This document shows positions 31,094 through 40,447 of a stretch of DNA of 64,000 bases, in pieces. The notes below the pieces were generated by a model that saw nothing but the letters and a program-made list of their open reading frames with translations, did no database searches and was not told the origin of the DNA. The position numbers were made by a program, and so were the translations under genes. Every line of letters starts with the position of its first letter. Position 1 is the first letter of the stretch. The stretch is taken from assembly GCA_963744145.1 (NCBI GenBank), contig CAVUSO010000001.1, positions 5,120,001 to 5,184,000 of the forward strand, written 5' to 3'. This DNA is from an uncultured cyanobacterium. GTDB taxonomy: Bacteria; Cyanobacteriota; Cyanobacteriia; Cyanobacteriales; CAWUOF01.

Positions 31094-32122
31094 ATGAAAA
31101 TTATGACAGTACCTCTGTTCCAATTCCAGGGAATGAATAATACTGACATTAATTGGTTAGTCAGTATTGGTAAAAGAGAAAAATTTGCCCCAAACACCAT
31201 CTTGATTCAGGAAGGACAAATAGTAAATAGTATTTATTTTATCCTAGTCGGTGGATTAAGTATTTCTCTAGCAGGATTAAATGGAGAAAATCAGGAAATC
31301 GCTAGATTAGGAAATGGTGAAATTGTCGGAGAAATGTCTTGGATGGATCATCACCAGTCCCCCATCACAGCATTAGTGGTCGATTCCGCAGAAATTCTGG
31401 AGATTACCCATGAAAAATTACAGATAAAAATCAAACAGGACCACGGATTTGCAGCTCGGTTTTATCAAGCAATGTCAATCGTTTTTTCTGATCGACTCCG
31501 AGGGATTTCTGATTTGTTAGCACATAGTAAGATTGTCCCTGGACAACCGTTGCGAAAAGTGCTGTTAGTTTTTAATGAATTAATCGATCGCGATATTGAT
31601 TGGATAATTGAATTTGGTCACAAAGAGAGATTTTCTCCTGGTCAAGTTTTAATTGAACAAGGTAAATCTTTAGATGCTATATATATTTTGTTGAAAGGAA
31701 ATATCGGCATCTATATTAATATTATAAATGATCATGAAAAAATTAGTAAAGAAGTTGCTCGCTCTGCTAGTGGTGAAATTTTAGGAGAAATGTCCTTTAT
31801 TACTGGTGCGAATGCTTCAGCAACAGTAAAAATAATTGAAACTTCGGAAGTTTTAGTGTTACCGTGCAAGTTTTTATCAGCAAAATTGCAAAAAGATTTA
31901 GGATTTTCTTCCCGATTTTATCGAGCGATCGCGATAGTTCTATTAGATCGACTTAAAGATCGACTCAAACAAAGTGGTTATGCTCGAATTGCTTACGATC
32001 AAGCTAAACATCTAAATGAAGAGCAGGAATATCAGGATGAAATTGACCTTGATGCTTTAGATTATGTTTCTTTAGCTGGGTTAAAATTTGATTGGTTACT
32101 CAAACGCTTACAAGCAAATTAA
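31094..32122 (+). CDS. Tandem cyclic-nucleotide-binding-domain protein
   Basis: Two repeats of DIxW...LIxxG...GEIxGEMS...ARFYxA; no HTH. Confidence 0.88.
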   Translation: MKIMTVPLFQFQGMNNTDINWLVSIGKREKFAPNTILIQEGQIVNSIYFILVGGLSISLAGLNGENQEIARLGNGEIVGEMSWMDHHQSPITALVVDSAEILEITHEKLQIKIKQDHGFAARFYQAMSIVFSDRLRGISDLLAHSKIVPGQPLRKVLLVFNELIDRDIDWIIEFGHKERFSPGQVLIEQGKSLDAIYILLKGNIGIYINIINDHEKISKEVARSASGEILGEMSFITGANASATVKIIETSEVLVLPCKFLSAKLQKDLGFSSRFYRAIAIVLLDRLKDRLKQSGYARIAYDQAKHLNEEQEYQDEIDLDALDYVSLAGLKFDWLLKRLQAN

Positions 32123-32133
32123 AGTAGACATAT

Positions 32134-33573
32134 ATGCTTGAAAAAAAGCGTAAAATATTCCGGAAAGAGTCTTTAGAACGATTATCATCTCCGGAAAGAT
32201 TAGATCGACTAATGCAAGTCATTAGTCCGAAGGGTTGGTTAAATTTAGGAGCTTTTACTTGTCTGATTTTATTAGGATTAGGTTGGAGTGTACTCGGAAA
32301 AATCCCGATTACTGTGACTGGTAAAGGAGTCATTGTCAATCCTCGTCAGATGATAGAATTACAATCACCAATTACGGGACAGTTACAGAAATTAAATATC
32401 AAAGTAGGAGATTGTTTTAAGAAAGGAGATATTTTGGCTGAATTAGCACAACCGGAATTACAAAAACAACTGCAACAACAACAAAATAATCTGGCTGAAT
32501 TACAAAAACAAGATCGACAATTAAGTGCGATCGCAACAGCTAGAATTGAGATAGAAAAGCAAAATTTAGCCCAGCAAAGACAAAATAAACTGCAACGTCA
32601 AAGAGATCAGGGGGAATTAGCGATCGCAGTACGTGAGCAAGAAGTAAAAGCAATCCAAAAAGAGCGAGAAAATCTCAAACAACAGCTAGCAAATAATCAG
32701 GGATTAACACCGATATTAGCACAAAGATTAAAAATTCGCCAAGATTTAAAAATTGAAGGTGCGGTTTCAACTGATAATCTGTTAGAAGCAGAACAAGCTT
32801 ATCGGAATAATCTGAATGAAATTGCTAATTTACAAGCTCAAATTCAGGAACTAGAAGTTAGAGAAATTAAAGCTAATCAAACCTATAAAGACACCCAAAG
32901 TCAAATTAGTGATTTAGACTTCCAATTACAACAGCTCAATAGTCAAGAAAAAAACCTGATTCAACAAAATTTAGAAGCGATCGCAACTCGGAGTAATAAA
33001 ATCCAAGAAGTAAAACGAGCGAGCGCTCAACTCGAACTGCAATTGCAACATAATAGTAAAATTATTTCACCCCAAACTGGCTGTATGCTAGAAATGACGA
33101 TGAACAATGGACAATTTATTACACCTGGGACTAAACTAGGTACGATCGCAACGCAAGATTTAACTAATAAAATTGTCAGTTTAACTTATTTTCCCATTAA
33201 AGATGGTAAACAAATTAAACCGGAGATGACGATCCAAATTACTCCTGACACTGTACCCCGAGAGCGATTTGGAGGAATTATCGGTAATATTGTTTCCATT
33301 ACCCCATTTCCGATTACCAAAGAAGAAATATCGAGAATTGTGGGTAATCCGGAAATTGCTCAATCCCTCGTCTTTGAAGGAGGACAAATTCAAGTTATGG
33401 CCGAAATGAAAAGGAATTATAGTAATATTAGTGGTTATCAGTGGTCTTCTTCCCATGGTCCAGATTTGCAAATTACCACTGGAACTACTACTACAGCTCG
33501 AGTAACTGTAGGAGAACGGGCACCTATCACCTTTATTTTACCATTTTTGAGAGCTAATACTGGAATTTATTAA
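32134..33573 (+). CDS. NHLM bacteriocin-system secretion protein (HlyD-family membrane fusion protein)
   Basis: IFRKESLERLSSPERLDRLM, single TM, long coiled coil, RERFGGI, GYQWSSS. Confidence 0.93.
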   Translation: MLEKKRKIFRKESLERLSSPERLDRLMQVISPKGWLNLGAFTCLILLGLGWSVLGKIPITVTGKGVIVNPRQMIELQSPITGQLQKLNIKVGDCFKKGDILAELAQPELQKQLQQQQNNLAELQKQDRQLSAIATARIEIEKQNLAQQRQNKLQRQRDQGELAIAVREQEVKAIQKERENLKQQLANNQGLTPILAQRLKIRQDLKIEGAVSTDNLLEAEQAYRNNLNEIANLQAQIQELEVREIKANQTYKDTQSQISDLDFQLQQLNSQEKNLIQQNLEAIATRSNKIQEVKRASAQLELQLQHNSKIISPQTGCMLEMTMNNGQFITPGTKLGTIATQDLTNKIVSLTYFPIKDGKQIKPEMTIQITPDTVPRERFGGIIGNIVSITPFPITKEEISRIVGNPEIAQSLVFEGGQIQVMAEMKRNYSNISGYQWSSSHGPDLQITTGTTTTARVTVGERAPITFILPFLRANTGIY

Positions 33574-35871
33574 TATTTAGATTTTGCCAGGATGATGGAA
33601 AAGCTCCTCAACTATCTTAGGTCTTTTTATCTCCTATTGCTCAGGTTCAAAACCAAAATTCAAACATCTTTATTCCCCAACTTCTACCAGTATCGAAAAC
33701 GGGAAAGAACTCCGACAGTATTACAAATGGAAGCAGTAGAATGTGGTGCTGCTGCTTTAGGAATTATCCTAGGTTACTACGGAAGAATTGTCCCATTAGC
33801 AGAATTACGCAAAGAATGTGGAGTCTCAAGAGATGGTGCTAAAGCTTCTAATATTCTCAAAGCTGCTAAAAATTATGGACTCACCGGTAAAGGATTTAAA
33901 AAAGAGCTAGAAGCAATCAAAGAAATTCGCTGTCCTTATATTGTATTTTGGAATTTTAATCATTTTTTAGTAGTAGAAGGATTTAGTAAAAAACGAGTTT
34001 ATCTAAACGATCCAGCGACGGGACCTCGTCCTGTTACTTGGGAAGAATTTGACGAATCTTACACCGGAGTCATCCTGGTGATGGAACCAGGAGTAGACTT
34101 TGTTAAAGGTGGACGTAAACCTAATATTATCTTCGCATTATGGGAAAGATTACGGGATTCATTAGGAGCGATCGCTTACTGTTTGTTAGCAGGATTACTA
34201 TTAGTTATTCCTGGATTAGCTATCCCAGCTTTTACCCAGATATTTGTTGATCAAATTTTAATTCAAAACCGACAAGAATGGTTAAATCCCTTGCTTTTGG
34301 GTCTGAGTGCGACAGCTTTAATTCGGGGATTATTAGCTACATTGCGGTTTAAATATCTCCGCTATTTAAAAATTAAACTAGCTGTCACCATGTCGAGTGA
34401 ATTTATTTGGCATATTTTGCGTTTACCGATTAGTTTTTATGCTCAAAGATTTGCAGGGGAAATTGCCAATCGAGTCCGGATTAATGATCAAGTTGCTGAT
34501 ATCCTATCAGGTCAATTAGCGACAACTATTATTGATATGATTATGATGATTTTTTATGGAATTGTCATGAGTGAATATGATTTAATTTTGACCATGATCG
34601 GGATTTTTTTCGCTAGTATTAATTTAGTCGCTTTAATGCAACTATCCCGTTGGAGAGTAGATGCTAATTTACGGTTAGGACAGGAAGAAAGCAAAGCATC
34701 AGGATTTGCGATCGCGGGATTGCAAAGTATTGAAACTATAAAAGCATCTGCACTAGAATCAGACTTTTTTTCCCGGTGGTCTGGTTATTATGCTAAAACT
34801 ATCAACGCTCAACAAGAACTAGACCTGCAAAACCAAGCATTGGGAACTTTACCAATCTTTCTAAATGCAATTACCTCGATTTTAATCTTAGTAATTGGTG
34901 GGTTACGAGTCATAGAAGGTAATTTGAGTATTGGGATGTTAATTGCTTTTCAAAGTTTGATGGAAAGTTTTCTAGAACCAATTAACCGTTTCGTTAACTT
35001 GGGGAGTAAAATCCAAGAACTAGAAGGTGATTTAAGTCGTCTAGATGATGTTCTCAACAACCCCATTGATCCGCAAATGAAATTAATTGAGAACCAAACC
35101 CAATTATCCGGAGCTGCTAGATCGACCACAACATTGATGGACGATTATCGGTTACAAGGTTATGTGGAACTGCGAAATATTTGCTTTGGGTACAGTCCAG
35201 TTGATGCACCTTTAATAGAAAATTTTAATCTCCAAATCTACCCCGGACAACGAGTAGCATTAGTAGGAGCAAGTGGTTCAGGAAAATCGACAGTTGCTAA
35301 ATTAATTAGCGGATTATACAATCCTTGGGAAGGAGAAATTCTGTTTGATGGAATACTCCGGGAAGAAATTCCCCGAGCAGTCTTAATTAATTCGATCGCT
35401 ATGGTAGATCAAGAGATTTTATTATTTGCTGGTACGATTCGCGAAAATTTAACTTTGTGGGATAATTCGATTCCCGATCGATATTTAATCCAAGCTTGTC
35501 AAGATGCAGCGATCGCTGATGTAGTAATATCTTTAGAAGGTGGTTATAATGCTTACCTACTGGAAAGTGCAGGAAATTTAAGTGGTGGTCAACAACAGCG
35601 ATTAGAAATTGCTCGTGCTTTGGTAAATAATCCCAGGATTCTGATTATGGATGAAGCAACCAGCGCTCTTGATCCGGAAACTGAAAAAATTATTGACCAA
35701 AACCTGCGACGACGCGGTTGTACTTGTATTATTGTCGCTCATCGACTTACCACAATTCGTGATTGTGATTTAATTATGGTATTTGAAAAAGGCAAAGTAG
35801 TTCAACAGGGAACCCACGAAGAATTATGGCAAGAACAAGGTATATATGCAGAATTAATTAGCAGCGAATGA
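33428..35871 (+). repeat. 2444-bp direct repeat, copy 1 (hlyD 3' end + peptidase-ABC gene)
   Basis: Colinear with 44787-47230 at a constant offset of 11359. Confidence 0.95.
33592..35871 (+). CDS. NHLM bacteriocin-system ABC transporter with C39 peptidase, copy 1
   Basis: QMEAVECGAA catalytic Cys, NHFLVV His, LNDPA, GASGSGKS, LSGGQQQ, DEATSALD. Confidence 0.95.
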   Translation: MMEKLLNYLRSFYLLLLRFKTKIQTSLFPNFYQYRKRERTPTVLQMEAVECGAAALGIILGYYGRIVPLAELRKECGVSRDGAKASNILKAAKNYGLTGKGFKKELEAIKEIRCPYIVFWNFNHFLVVEGFSKKRVYLNDPATGPRPVTWEEFDESYTGVILVMEPGVDFVKGGRKPNIIFALWERLRDSLGAIAYCLLAGLLLVIPGLAIPAFTQIFVDQILIQNRQEWLNPLLLGLSATALIRGLLATLRFKYLRYLKIKLAVTMSSEFIWHILRLPISFYAQRFAGEIANRVRINDQVADILSGQLATTIIDMIMMIFYGIVMSEYDLILTMIGIFFASINLVALMQLSRWRVDANLRLGQEESKASGFAIAGLQSIETIKASALESDFFSRWSGYYAKTINAQQELDLQNQALGTLPIFLNAITSILILVIGGLRVIEGNLSIGMLIAFQSLMESFLEPINRFVNLGSKIQELEGDLSRLDDVLNNPIDPQMKLIENQTQLSGAARSTTTLMDDYRLQGYVELRNICFGYSPVDAPLIENFNLQIYPGQRVALVGASGSGKSTVAKLISGLYNPWEGEILFDGILREEIPRAVLINSIAMVDQEILLFAGTIRENLTLWDNSIPDRYLIQACQDAAIADVVISLEGGYNAYLLESAGNLSGGQQQRLEIARALVNNPRILIMDEATSALDPETEKIIDQNLRRRGCTCIIVAHRLTTIRDCDLIMVFEKGKVVQQGTHEELWQEQGIYAELISSE

Positions 35872-35931
35872 AATACAATCTTTATATAATTTGAATAAAT
35901 CCCCAAGAATTGCATCATTTAGGACAAAACC

Positions 35932-36534
35932 ATGACACAAGTTAACTTATCCCAAATCATTGCAGTCAATATCCCACCCATCCTAACACTGAAAATTACC
36001 CACGAACAATTTATTGAGTTAACGCGAGTGAACCGAGACTTACAATTAGAAAGAACTAGTACAGGAGACTTGATTATTATGCCACCAACAGGAGGTACTA
36101 CAGGTAATAGAAATTTAGATATTGAAGGACAACTCTGGTTATGGAACCGTCAAACAAAACTTGGTAAAACATTTAACTCTTCGACAGGTTTCCATCTCCC
36201 TAATGGTGCCAATCGTTCCCCTGATGCAGCTTGGGTAAGTCAAGACCGATGGGACACACTCACCAGAGAGCAACAAGATGAATTTGTCCCTCTTTGCCCT
36301 GATTTTATAGTAGAATTGCGTTCCAAAAGCGATAATATGGAACCACTACGAGCCAAAATGAAAGAATACATAGAAAATGGTACTCGTTTAGGTTGGTTGA
36401 TTGACAGAAAAAACAAAAAGGTGGAAATTTATCGACCCGATCGGGATGTGGAAGTCCTTAATCATCCGACAACTTTGTCTGGTGAAGATATCTTACCTGG
36501 GTTTATGTTAGATTTAACAGAAATATGGCAATAA
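35932..36534 (+). CDS. Uma2-family (DUF820) endonuclease
   Basis: LERTSTGDLIIMPP, RSPDAAW, PLCPDFIVELRS, LGWLID, LSGEDILPGF. Confidence 0.93.
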   Translation: MTQVNLSQIIAVNIPPILTLKITHEQFIELTRVNRDLQLERTSTGDLIIMPPTGGTTGNRNLDIEGQLWLWNRQTKLGKTFNSSTGFHLPNGANRSPDAAWVSQDRWDTLTREQQDEFVPLCPDFIVELRSKSDNMEPLRAKMKEYIENGTRLGWLIDRKNKKVEIYRPDRDVEVLNHPTTLSGEDILPGFMLDLTEIWQ

Positions 36535-36723
36535 TTATTTGGTGAGTCATTGAATAGCCTCGATCGCGTCAAAAATTTTTAAAATTGAGGTAAAATCAGA
36601 TGACAAGAACCAATTATTTTAGTTTTAAGATTGGCGATCGCCAAGACAAGGATAGGTATTTTTCCCAGTCTCAGAGTCGAGTGTAGATTGTGATGTCAGT
36701 GGAGGATTGTTCAGTCTTGAGGT

Positions 36724-36768
36724 TGATAGAACCAGAGCGAATTTTGTATTTAGCAGTTACGATAGATA
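36724..36768 (+). repeat. 45-bp xisH-like fragment identical to 44658-44702
   Basis: TGATAGAACCAGAGCGAATTTTGTATTTAGCAGTTACGATAGATA, encoding IEPERILYLAVTID. Confidence 0.8.
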
Positions 36769-36854
36769 CAGCGGATGACCTGTTGATGAAGTACAGTAAG
36801 ATTTGGCATGAATGGCGATCGGTTAAAGTCGCTTGTGAGTGATCTGTGTTGGTT

Positions 36855-37100
36855 GGGCAGGTTTATGATAGTTATCTGTTTGCAGCAGAATTAATTGGTG
36901 AACCTGCCCCTACAAATCCCGGTTGATTGTGATCATAAATTCATTCACCTGCCCCTACAAATCCTGTTAATCTTGTAATCCTCTAATCCTGATCGATTTT
37001 TTGGTGAATCCCTGTAGGGGCGGGTTCACCGATGAACTTGCTACACACAAATAACCCTTGTGCCGAGCGTAGTCGAGGTATTAATGAACCCGCCCTGCCC
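36855..37100. repeat. Cluster of REP-like GTAGGGGC / GCCCCTAC palindromic elements
   Basis: ACCTGCCCCTACAAATCC twice; TGTAGGGGCGGGTTCA...TGAACCCGCCC; short AATCCT repeats. Confidence 0.7.
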
Positions 37101-37173
37101 CACAGATCACCTTGATGAACTTCATAAACCTGGAATAGGCTGTATCTCCCAAAATATCCTTAAACGAACCGTA

Positions 37174-37422
37174 TTGCAAGTGATATTTGATCAGGAACGC
37201 GATCGCTATCAAGTTCTTAATATTGGTTGGCAAGAGCTAACGCGAGTATTTGGTTGTATTATTTATGTAGAAATCAAAGATGGTAAAATTTGGATTGAAC
37301 GGGATGGGATAGAAATCGGTGTTGCCAATGAATTAGTAGAAGCTGGAGTTCCTAAGCAAGATATAGTTCTGGCATTTCAAGCTCCCTATAGACGGAAATT
37401 TACTGAGTTTGCGGTTGGTTAA
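37174..37422 (+). pseudogene. xisI: XisI-family protein, N-terminally truncated
   Basis: IFDQERDRYQVLNIGW, IKDGKIWIERDG, ELVEAGVPKQDIVLAF; the upstream part of the ORF runs through REP repeats. Confidence 0.8.
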
Positions 37423-37660
37423 AGTACTAGGTGGGATGTGTTCAGTTATGTTTTAGAAAGACGATTAAGTTATTGGGGTGATATTTTCCTTCCTTTAGAG
37501 AATGCGAAAGATTATTTCTTACTGATTTAATCGGGTATTTTTAGTGAGCGATCGCTCACTTTACAGTTTTTTGATGAGTTAGACTAAGATAGGTTGGTGA
37601 GGTTGGGAGTTGGTGGATATCTATGCCATAATTATGAAAGAATTAAATTAACGATGAACC

Positions 37661-37873
37661 ATGACAACTAATGTTGAAATTAACGAAGAATTAGTGAAAG
37701 TGGCATTGCAGTTAACCCAGTTCAAAACCGAAAAAGAACTGATTGAATTTGCTTTGCAAGAATTAATCCGTACCCGTAAAAAGCCAAATCTACTTGATTT
37801 AAGTGGACAAATTCAATTTGCACCTGACTACGACTATAAAACCTTGCGGTCAAACCGAAATGTTTCTGATTGA
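37661..37873 (+). CDS. vapB: VapB-family antitoxin
   Basis: MTTNVEINEEL...ALQELIR...LLDLSG...DYDYK; overlaps the start of the PIN gene. Confidence 0.85.
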   Translation: MTTNVEINEELVKVALQLTQFKTEKELIEFALQELIRTRKKPNLLDLSGQIQFAPDYDYKTLRSNRNVSD

Positions 37874-38267
37874 TACCTCAGTCTGGATTGGTGTTTTTCG
37901 CGACAGAACAGGTAAAGTTCGTCAATCCCTCGAATTAATAATCCATGATGAAAGTATTTTTCTGAGCCGATTTACTCAGATGGAACTTTTACAAGGTTGT
38001 CGAGATGAGCGCGAGTGGATACTATTACAAACTTATCTCCAACAACAAGACTACATTGAGCCAATGCCTAATACTTGGGTAGCGGCGGCTAGGATTTATT
38101 ATGATTTGCAACGACAGGGGTTAACGGTTAGAAGTAGCATTGACTGCTGTATTGCTCAACTCGCGATCGAACACCAACTTATTTTAATTCATAACGATCG
38201 GGATTTTGAAACAATTCAGAGGGTGCGATCGTTAAATTGCTTGCACTTCCGACCTGAAAATAATTAA
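37860..38267 (+). CDS. vapC: VapC PIN-domain toxin
   Basis: MFLIDTSVWI, ELLQG, IDCCIA, HNDRDF. Confidence 0.9.
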   Translation: MFLIDTSVWIGVFRDRTGKVRQSLELIIHDESIFLSRFTQMELLQGCRDEREWILLQTYLQQQDYIEPMPNTWVAAARIYYDLQRQGLTVRSSIDCCIAQLAIEHQLILIHNDRDFETIQRVRSLNCLHFRPENN

Positions 38268-38293
38268 AGGAAACAATAATGCTATGCTATTCT

Positions 38294-38398
38294 GCTAAAG
38301 CAGTAGTCCGACGGCAAGGTTTACTCAACTCTAAGAAAACTAAAACTCCAGTAACATTACCCATTGACAGCGATGTATTGGAGTAGTTCAAATCTCAA
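38294..38398 (+). pseudogene. BrnA-type antitoxin fragment
   Basis: AKAVVRRQG...VTLPIDSDVLE*FKSQ; the usual Trp codon is TAG. Confidence 0.65.
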
Positions 38399-38450
38399 GT
38401 TTGCCCTGATCCGACTCAGAAATGATCAAAATTGAAAATAGGTAAAAACG

Positions 38451-38675
38451 ATGTCAACAGTTTATCATTTAAAAGCCAGTGAACTAGGTCATGATTTTTT
38501 AGAAGACATCAAAGCAACTTTTGGAGATAAAGAGATTGAAATAATTGTCTCTGAATTTGATGAGACCAAATATCTTTTGAAATCAGAAGTCAATAAGAAC
38601 CGACTTTTGAGAGCCATTGAAAATGTTAAAAATGGTAAAAATTTAGTTGAAGTTAACTTACAGGATTTGCAATAA
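38451..38675 (+). CDS. YefM-like antitoxin, orphaned
   Basis: DETKYLLKSEVNKNRLLRAIENV motif; followed by only a short toxin-like stub. Confidence 0.75.
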   Translation: MSTVYHLKASELGHDFLEDIKATFGDKEIEIIVSEFDETKYLLKSEVNKNRLLRAIENVKNGKNLVEVNLQDLQ

Positions 38676-39008
38676 GTAGAAGAATTTTTTTTGAATCCCT
38701 ACTATATACAGATCGCAACCTATAAAAGTTTGGTTAAAAGCTTGGGGTACAGCGATCGCAAAGACAAGGATAGAAATTTCAGTCTAGATTACCAGTCTAT
38801 TAATCCCGATTAACAAAAGCAACATAATATATATGTTTAAAGTAGGAGCGAACGCGAAAGCGTGCTGTAGATATCAGCATTCCAGCAGATCAGTTATAGA
38901 TTAAAACCAGGAATTTATTTCTGGAATGCTTCGCCATTCTTCCTAATTGTTTGAGGTAGTCCGGGTAATAAAATGCGAACTGAACCACAGTGTAATCATC
39001 GCTTTTCA

Positions 39009-39242
39009 TTAACCTGGAATAGGCTGTATAGGCATCACCAATAACGTAATTCCTGCACGACCAACAACACAGACAGACTGATTAGGAATTAAAGTCATTT
39101 GATACTCTAATTTGTAAAGTCGTGCTGGCCAATAAGTTCCCTGACATTTGACTCTCCCTGGATGTTTTGACGAAATTGTTTCATTAACAATTCCTTCAAT
39201 TGCTTCAGGAAATAATTCCGGTTTATCGTTACTAAAAAACAT
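39009..39242 (-). CDS. Small NfeD-like (OB-fold) protein
   Basis: GIVNETI...PGRVKCQGTYWPAR...VVGRAGITLLVMP. Confidence 0.8.
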   Translation of the reverse strand: MFFSNDKPELFPEAIEGIVNETISSKHPGRVKCQGTYWPARLYKLEYQMTLIPNQSVCVVGRAGITLLVMPIQPIPG

Positions 39243-39278
39243 TCTGTTTTACCTAAAAATATCCTAAAAAATCTGAGT

Positions 39279-39893
39279 TTAAAAGTTGTTAATAATTACG
39301 GGTGGACTTGATCGCGCAGGTGGATAATTTGGATATACTGGTTGCAAGTAAATCGGTTGTTGATAAGGTGGTTGCGGGTAGTTTGGGTATGTTGGTTGTT
39401 GATAAGGTGGTTGCGGGTAGTTTGGGTATGTTGGTTGTTGATAAGGTGGTTGTGAATAGTTTGGGTATGTTGGTTGTTGATAAGATGATTGTGGATAATT
39501 TGGATATGGTGATTGTTGATAAGGTGGTTGTTGATAAGGTGGTTGTTGATAATTTGGTTGTGGATAATTTTGTACTGGATTATTTGGATATCCAGACTGG
39601 TCATAATTTGGTGTTAGGATACTTGGATATCCTGCTGGTGAATTATCGCCAATTCCTGGAATACCAGTTACATTATTTGGAGGATTGATATATGGTTGAT
39701 TAGCGGGTAATCGTTGGGTACTGGAACCACGCAATATACCATCTACAGCATTGCGTCCCAAAATATCAAGTATATTTTTAAGAGGTATGGCTAAAGAACT
39801 TTGGGCATTAAAAATAACCATGGGAATGGATATTATGATCCCGACAGCTATTTGACCAAATTGCTTTTGAAATCGATTAGTTTGAGTAATCAT
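39279..39893 (-). CDS. Putative secreted Pro/Gln/Tyr-repeat protein
   Basis: Hydrophobic signal ending SSLA; PTYPNYPQPPYQQ repeats. Confidence 0.75.
   Translation of the reverse strand: MITQTNRFQKQFGQIAVGIIISIPMVIFNAQSSLAIPLKNILDILGRNAVDGILRGSSTQRLPANQPYINPPNNVTGIPGIGDNSPAGYPSILTPNYDQSGYPNNPVQNYPQPNYQQPPYQQPPYQQSPYPNYPQSSYQQPTYPNYSQPPYQQPTYPNYPQPPYQQPTYPNYPQPPYQQPIYLQPVYPNYPPARSSPPVIINNF
39355..39570. repeat. Coding tandem repeat, 39-bp unit with 15-bp subunits
   Basis: GGTTGTTGATAAGGTGGTTGCGGGTAGTTTGGGTATGTT-type units. Confidence 0.85.
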
Positions 39894-39994
39894 GTTTTTA
39901 CTCGCTTTTTTAGCTAAAGACTTGAGATTAAGAGGGCGATCGCAATTTCTATAGGAATCGCGATCGCCAAGTTTAGTTAACGTTTAATTGCTAC

Positions 39995-40447
39995 TTACCA
40001 TCCACGCTTCCGCATAAAAGCATCTGCATATTGATTTGGCATTCGCTCATAGCAATTGGCTTGACCATTTTCAACTCGCATCGCAATAGTCCATCGCATG
40101 GCAGTTTTGATAGCACCATTTCGCCAACCTGTGTAGTAAGTGTCTGCGACTTTGTTAACACATCGGTCAACTAAAACTCCGTCTGCACGACTACGGTATT
40201 GGTTTTGAACAGCTTGTGTTTCCTGTGGACTCAGGTTAGTCATAAATACTTGTTTGTTCCAAGGAGTCCAAAGATTGCTGACTATTGCGTTCCAGTTATC
40301 ATTAAGAAAATTGGCTGCTTCACTCAAAGAAACGGCTTGAGCAGATTGGGTGTTGATGCTGGTTAAACTTAAAACAGTGGTTGTAGAAAGAACAGCAACA
40401 CCAGCCGCAAATTTAGTAAAACAACGAGCAGTTTTGTTGTTTAGCAT
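39995..40447 (-). CDS. Putative secreted hypothetical protein
   Basis: GAGG RBS before ATG at 40447; signal peptide ending SAQA; two Cys in the mature part. Confidence 0.75.
   Translation of the reverse strand: MLNNKTARCFTKFAAGVAVLSTTTVLSLTSINTQSAQAVSLSEAANFLNDNWNAIVSNLWTPWNKQVFMTNLSPQETQAVQNQYRSRADGVLVDRCVNKVADTYYTGWRNGAIKTAMRWTIAMRVENGQANCYERMPNQYADAFMRKRGW

Noticed and set aside
37060..37173. N-terminal extension of XisI
   Set aside because: Translates through REP-like repeats; XisI similarity starts only near 37174.
37543..37560. Perfect 18-bp palindrome AGTGAGCGATCGCTCACT as a vapBC operator
   Set aside because: It is centred on HIP1, which is abundant, so a 5-bp extension may be chance; it is also 100 bp from the start codon.
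39296..39688. Alternative-frame ORFs with NNHLI or VVDK repeats, or a CRISPR array
   Set aside because: Shadows of the 39-bp coding repeat; units are contiguous with no unique spacers and there are no cas genes.
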